From contig CAZGSK010000001.1 in NCBI GenBank assembly GCA_964528435.1, positions 1 through 49,637 of the forward strand: DNA of 49,637 nucleotides, written 5' to 3'. The DNA comes from an uncultured Sulfurimonas sp. (GTDB taxonomy: Bacteria; Campylobacterota; Campylobacteria; Campylobacterales; Sulfurimonadaceae). This document shows, piece after piece, positions 49,323-49,637 of the stretch. Every line of letters starts with the position of its first letter. Within the stretch, counting starts at the first letter, position 1. The notes beneath the pieces were generated by a model. It saw only the letters and a list, made by a program, of their open reading frames with translations, was not told where the DNA came from and did no database searches. A program made the translations under genes and the position numbers.

Positions 49323-49445
49323 TATCGTGAGCATTTAAGCATTCTTGAATAGTTAGAAAAGTACTATGTAAGGACAAGTTTCTTCTTAGGAGGGCATTTA
49401 GATTGTAAATAGCTTCGAGGCTATTTGTATTATACGGAGGAAAAT

Positions 49446-49637
49446 ATGAACAAGAAAAATGAGTTTCCAACATTTCCAACAGGATGTAAATCACTGCTTT
49501 GCAAATACTTGAGTAAAGAAGTTTTTGAAGAACTTAAAGATAAAAAGACGCGTAATTGCTTTACTTTACAGGATGCTATACGTTCAGGTGTAGTTAATCC
49601 AGATAGTGGCATAGGTGTTTATGCCGGTGATTTGGAA
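49446..49637 (+). CDS. ATP:guanido phosphotransferase (arginine kinase-like), N-terminal domain; truncated by window edge
   Basis: Not in the ORF track. SD GGAGG + ATG; [64 protein letters not shown]. Confidence 0.88.
   Translation, partial: MNKKNEFPTFPTGCKSLLCKYLSKEVFEELKDKKTRNCFTLQDAIRSGVVNPDSGIGVYAGDLE

Noticed and set aside
49407-49426. AAATAGC-N6-GCTATTT inverted repeat upstream of the arginine kinase
   Set aside because: It is a short AT-rich stem; operator, terminator and chance cannot be distinguished from sequence alone.

Overview
AT-rich, gene-dense chromosomal window from a free-living Campylobacterota bacterium; gene content and order look Sulfurimonas-like (inference). Most of it is housekeeping. 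It holds rsmH-ftsL-like-RND, a CAT-anticodon tRNA, metY/metX/xseB, yebC/yigZ, and a long minus-strand run (argG, FTR-rhodanese fusion, rplI, hslVU, era, csd6/csd4-like peptidoglycan enzymes, and a complete MSHA/Cts-type pilus or competence machine). It continues with sigma28-driven flaG, MFS/MATE/ligA, a higBA toxin-antitoxin pair, tlyA/ribF/truD, a phasin-like + UbiB pair, CDF, cmoB, nadE, a DegT-like gene and lpxK. Five features stand out that the ORF track does not capture. (1) A 263-bp TA-flanked MITE with 31-bp terminal inverted repeats and a nested homologous module sits exactly on the start codon of an MBL-fold gene. (2) Two genes have conserved-looking N-termini that can only be translated from a non-canonical start, best candidate ATA: the UbiB kinase and a TM-NIT-TM-PAS-HD-GYP phosphodiesterase. 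(3) A 20-bp motif at identical spacing from the -10 box links that nitrate-sensing phosphodiesterase to an orphan NosL-like gene. (4) A eukaryote-type phosphagen (arginine) kinase starts at the right edge. (5) higB appears to be transcribed leaderless. No CRISPR array, prophage, integrase or transposase was seen. All calls come from reading motifs by eye; no database searches were run.
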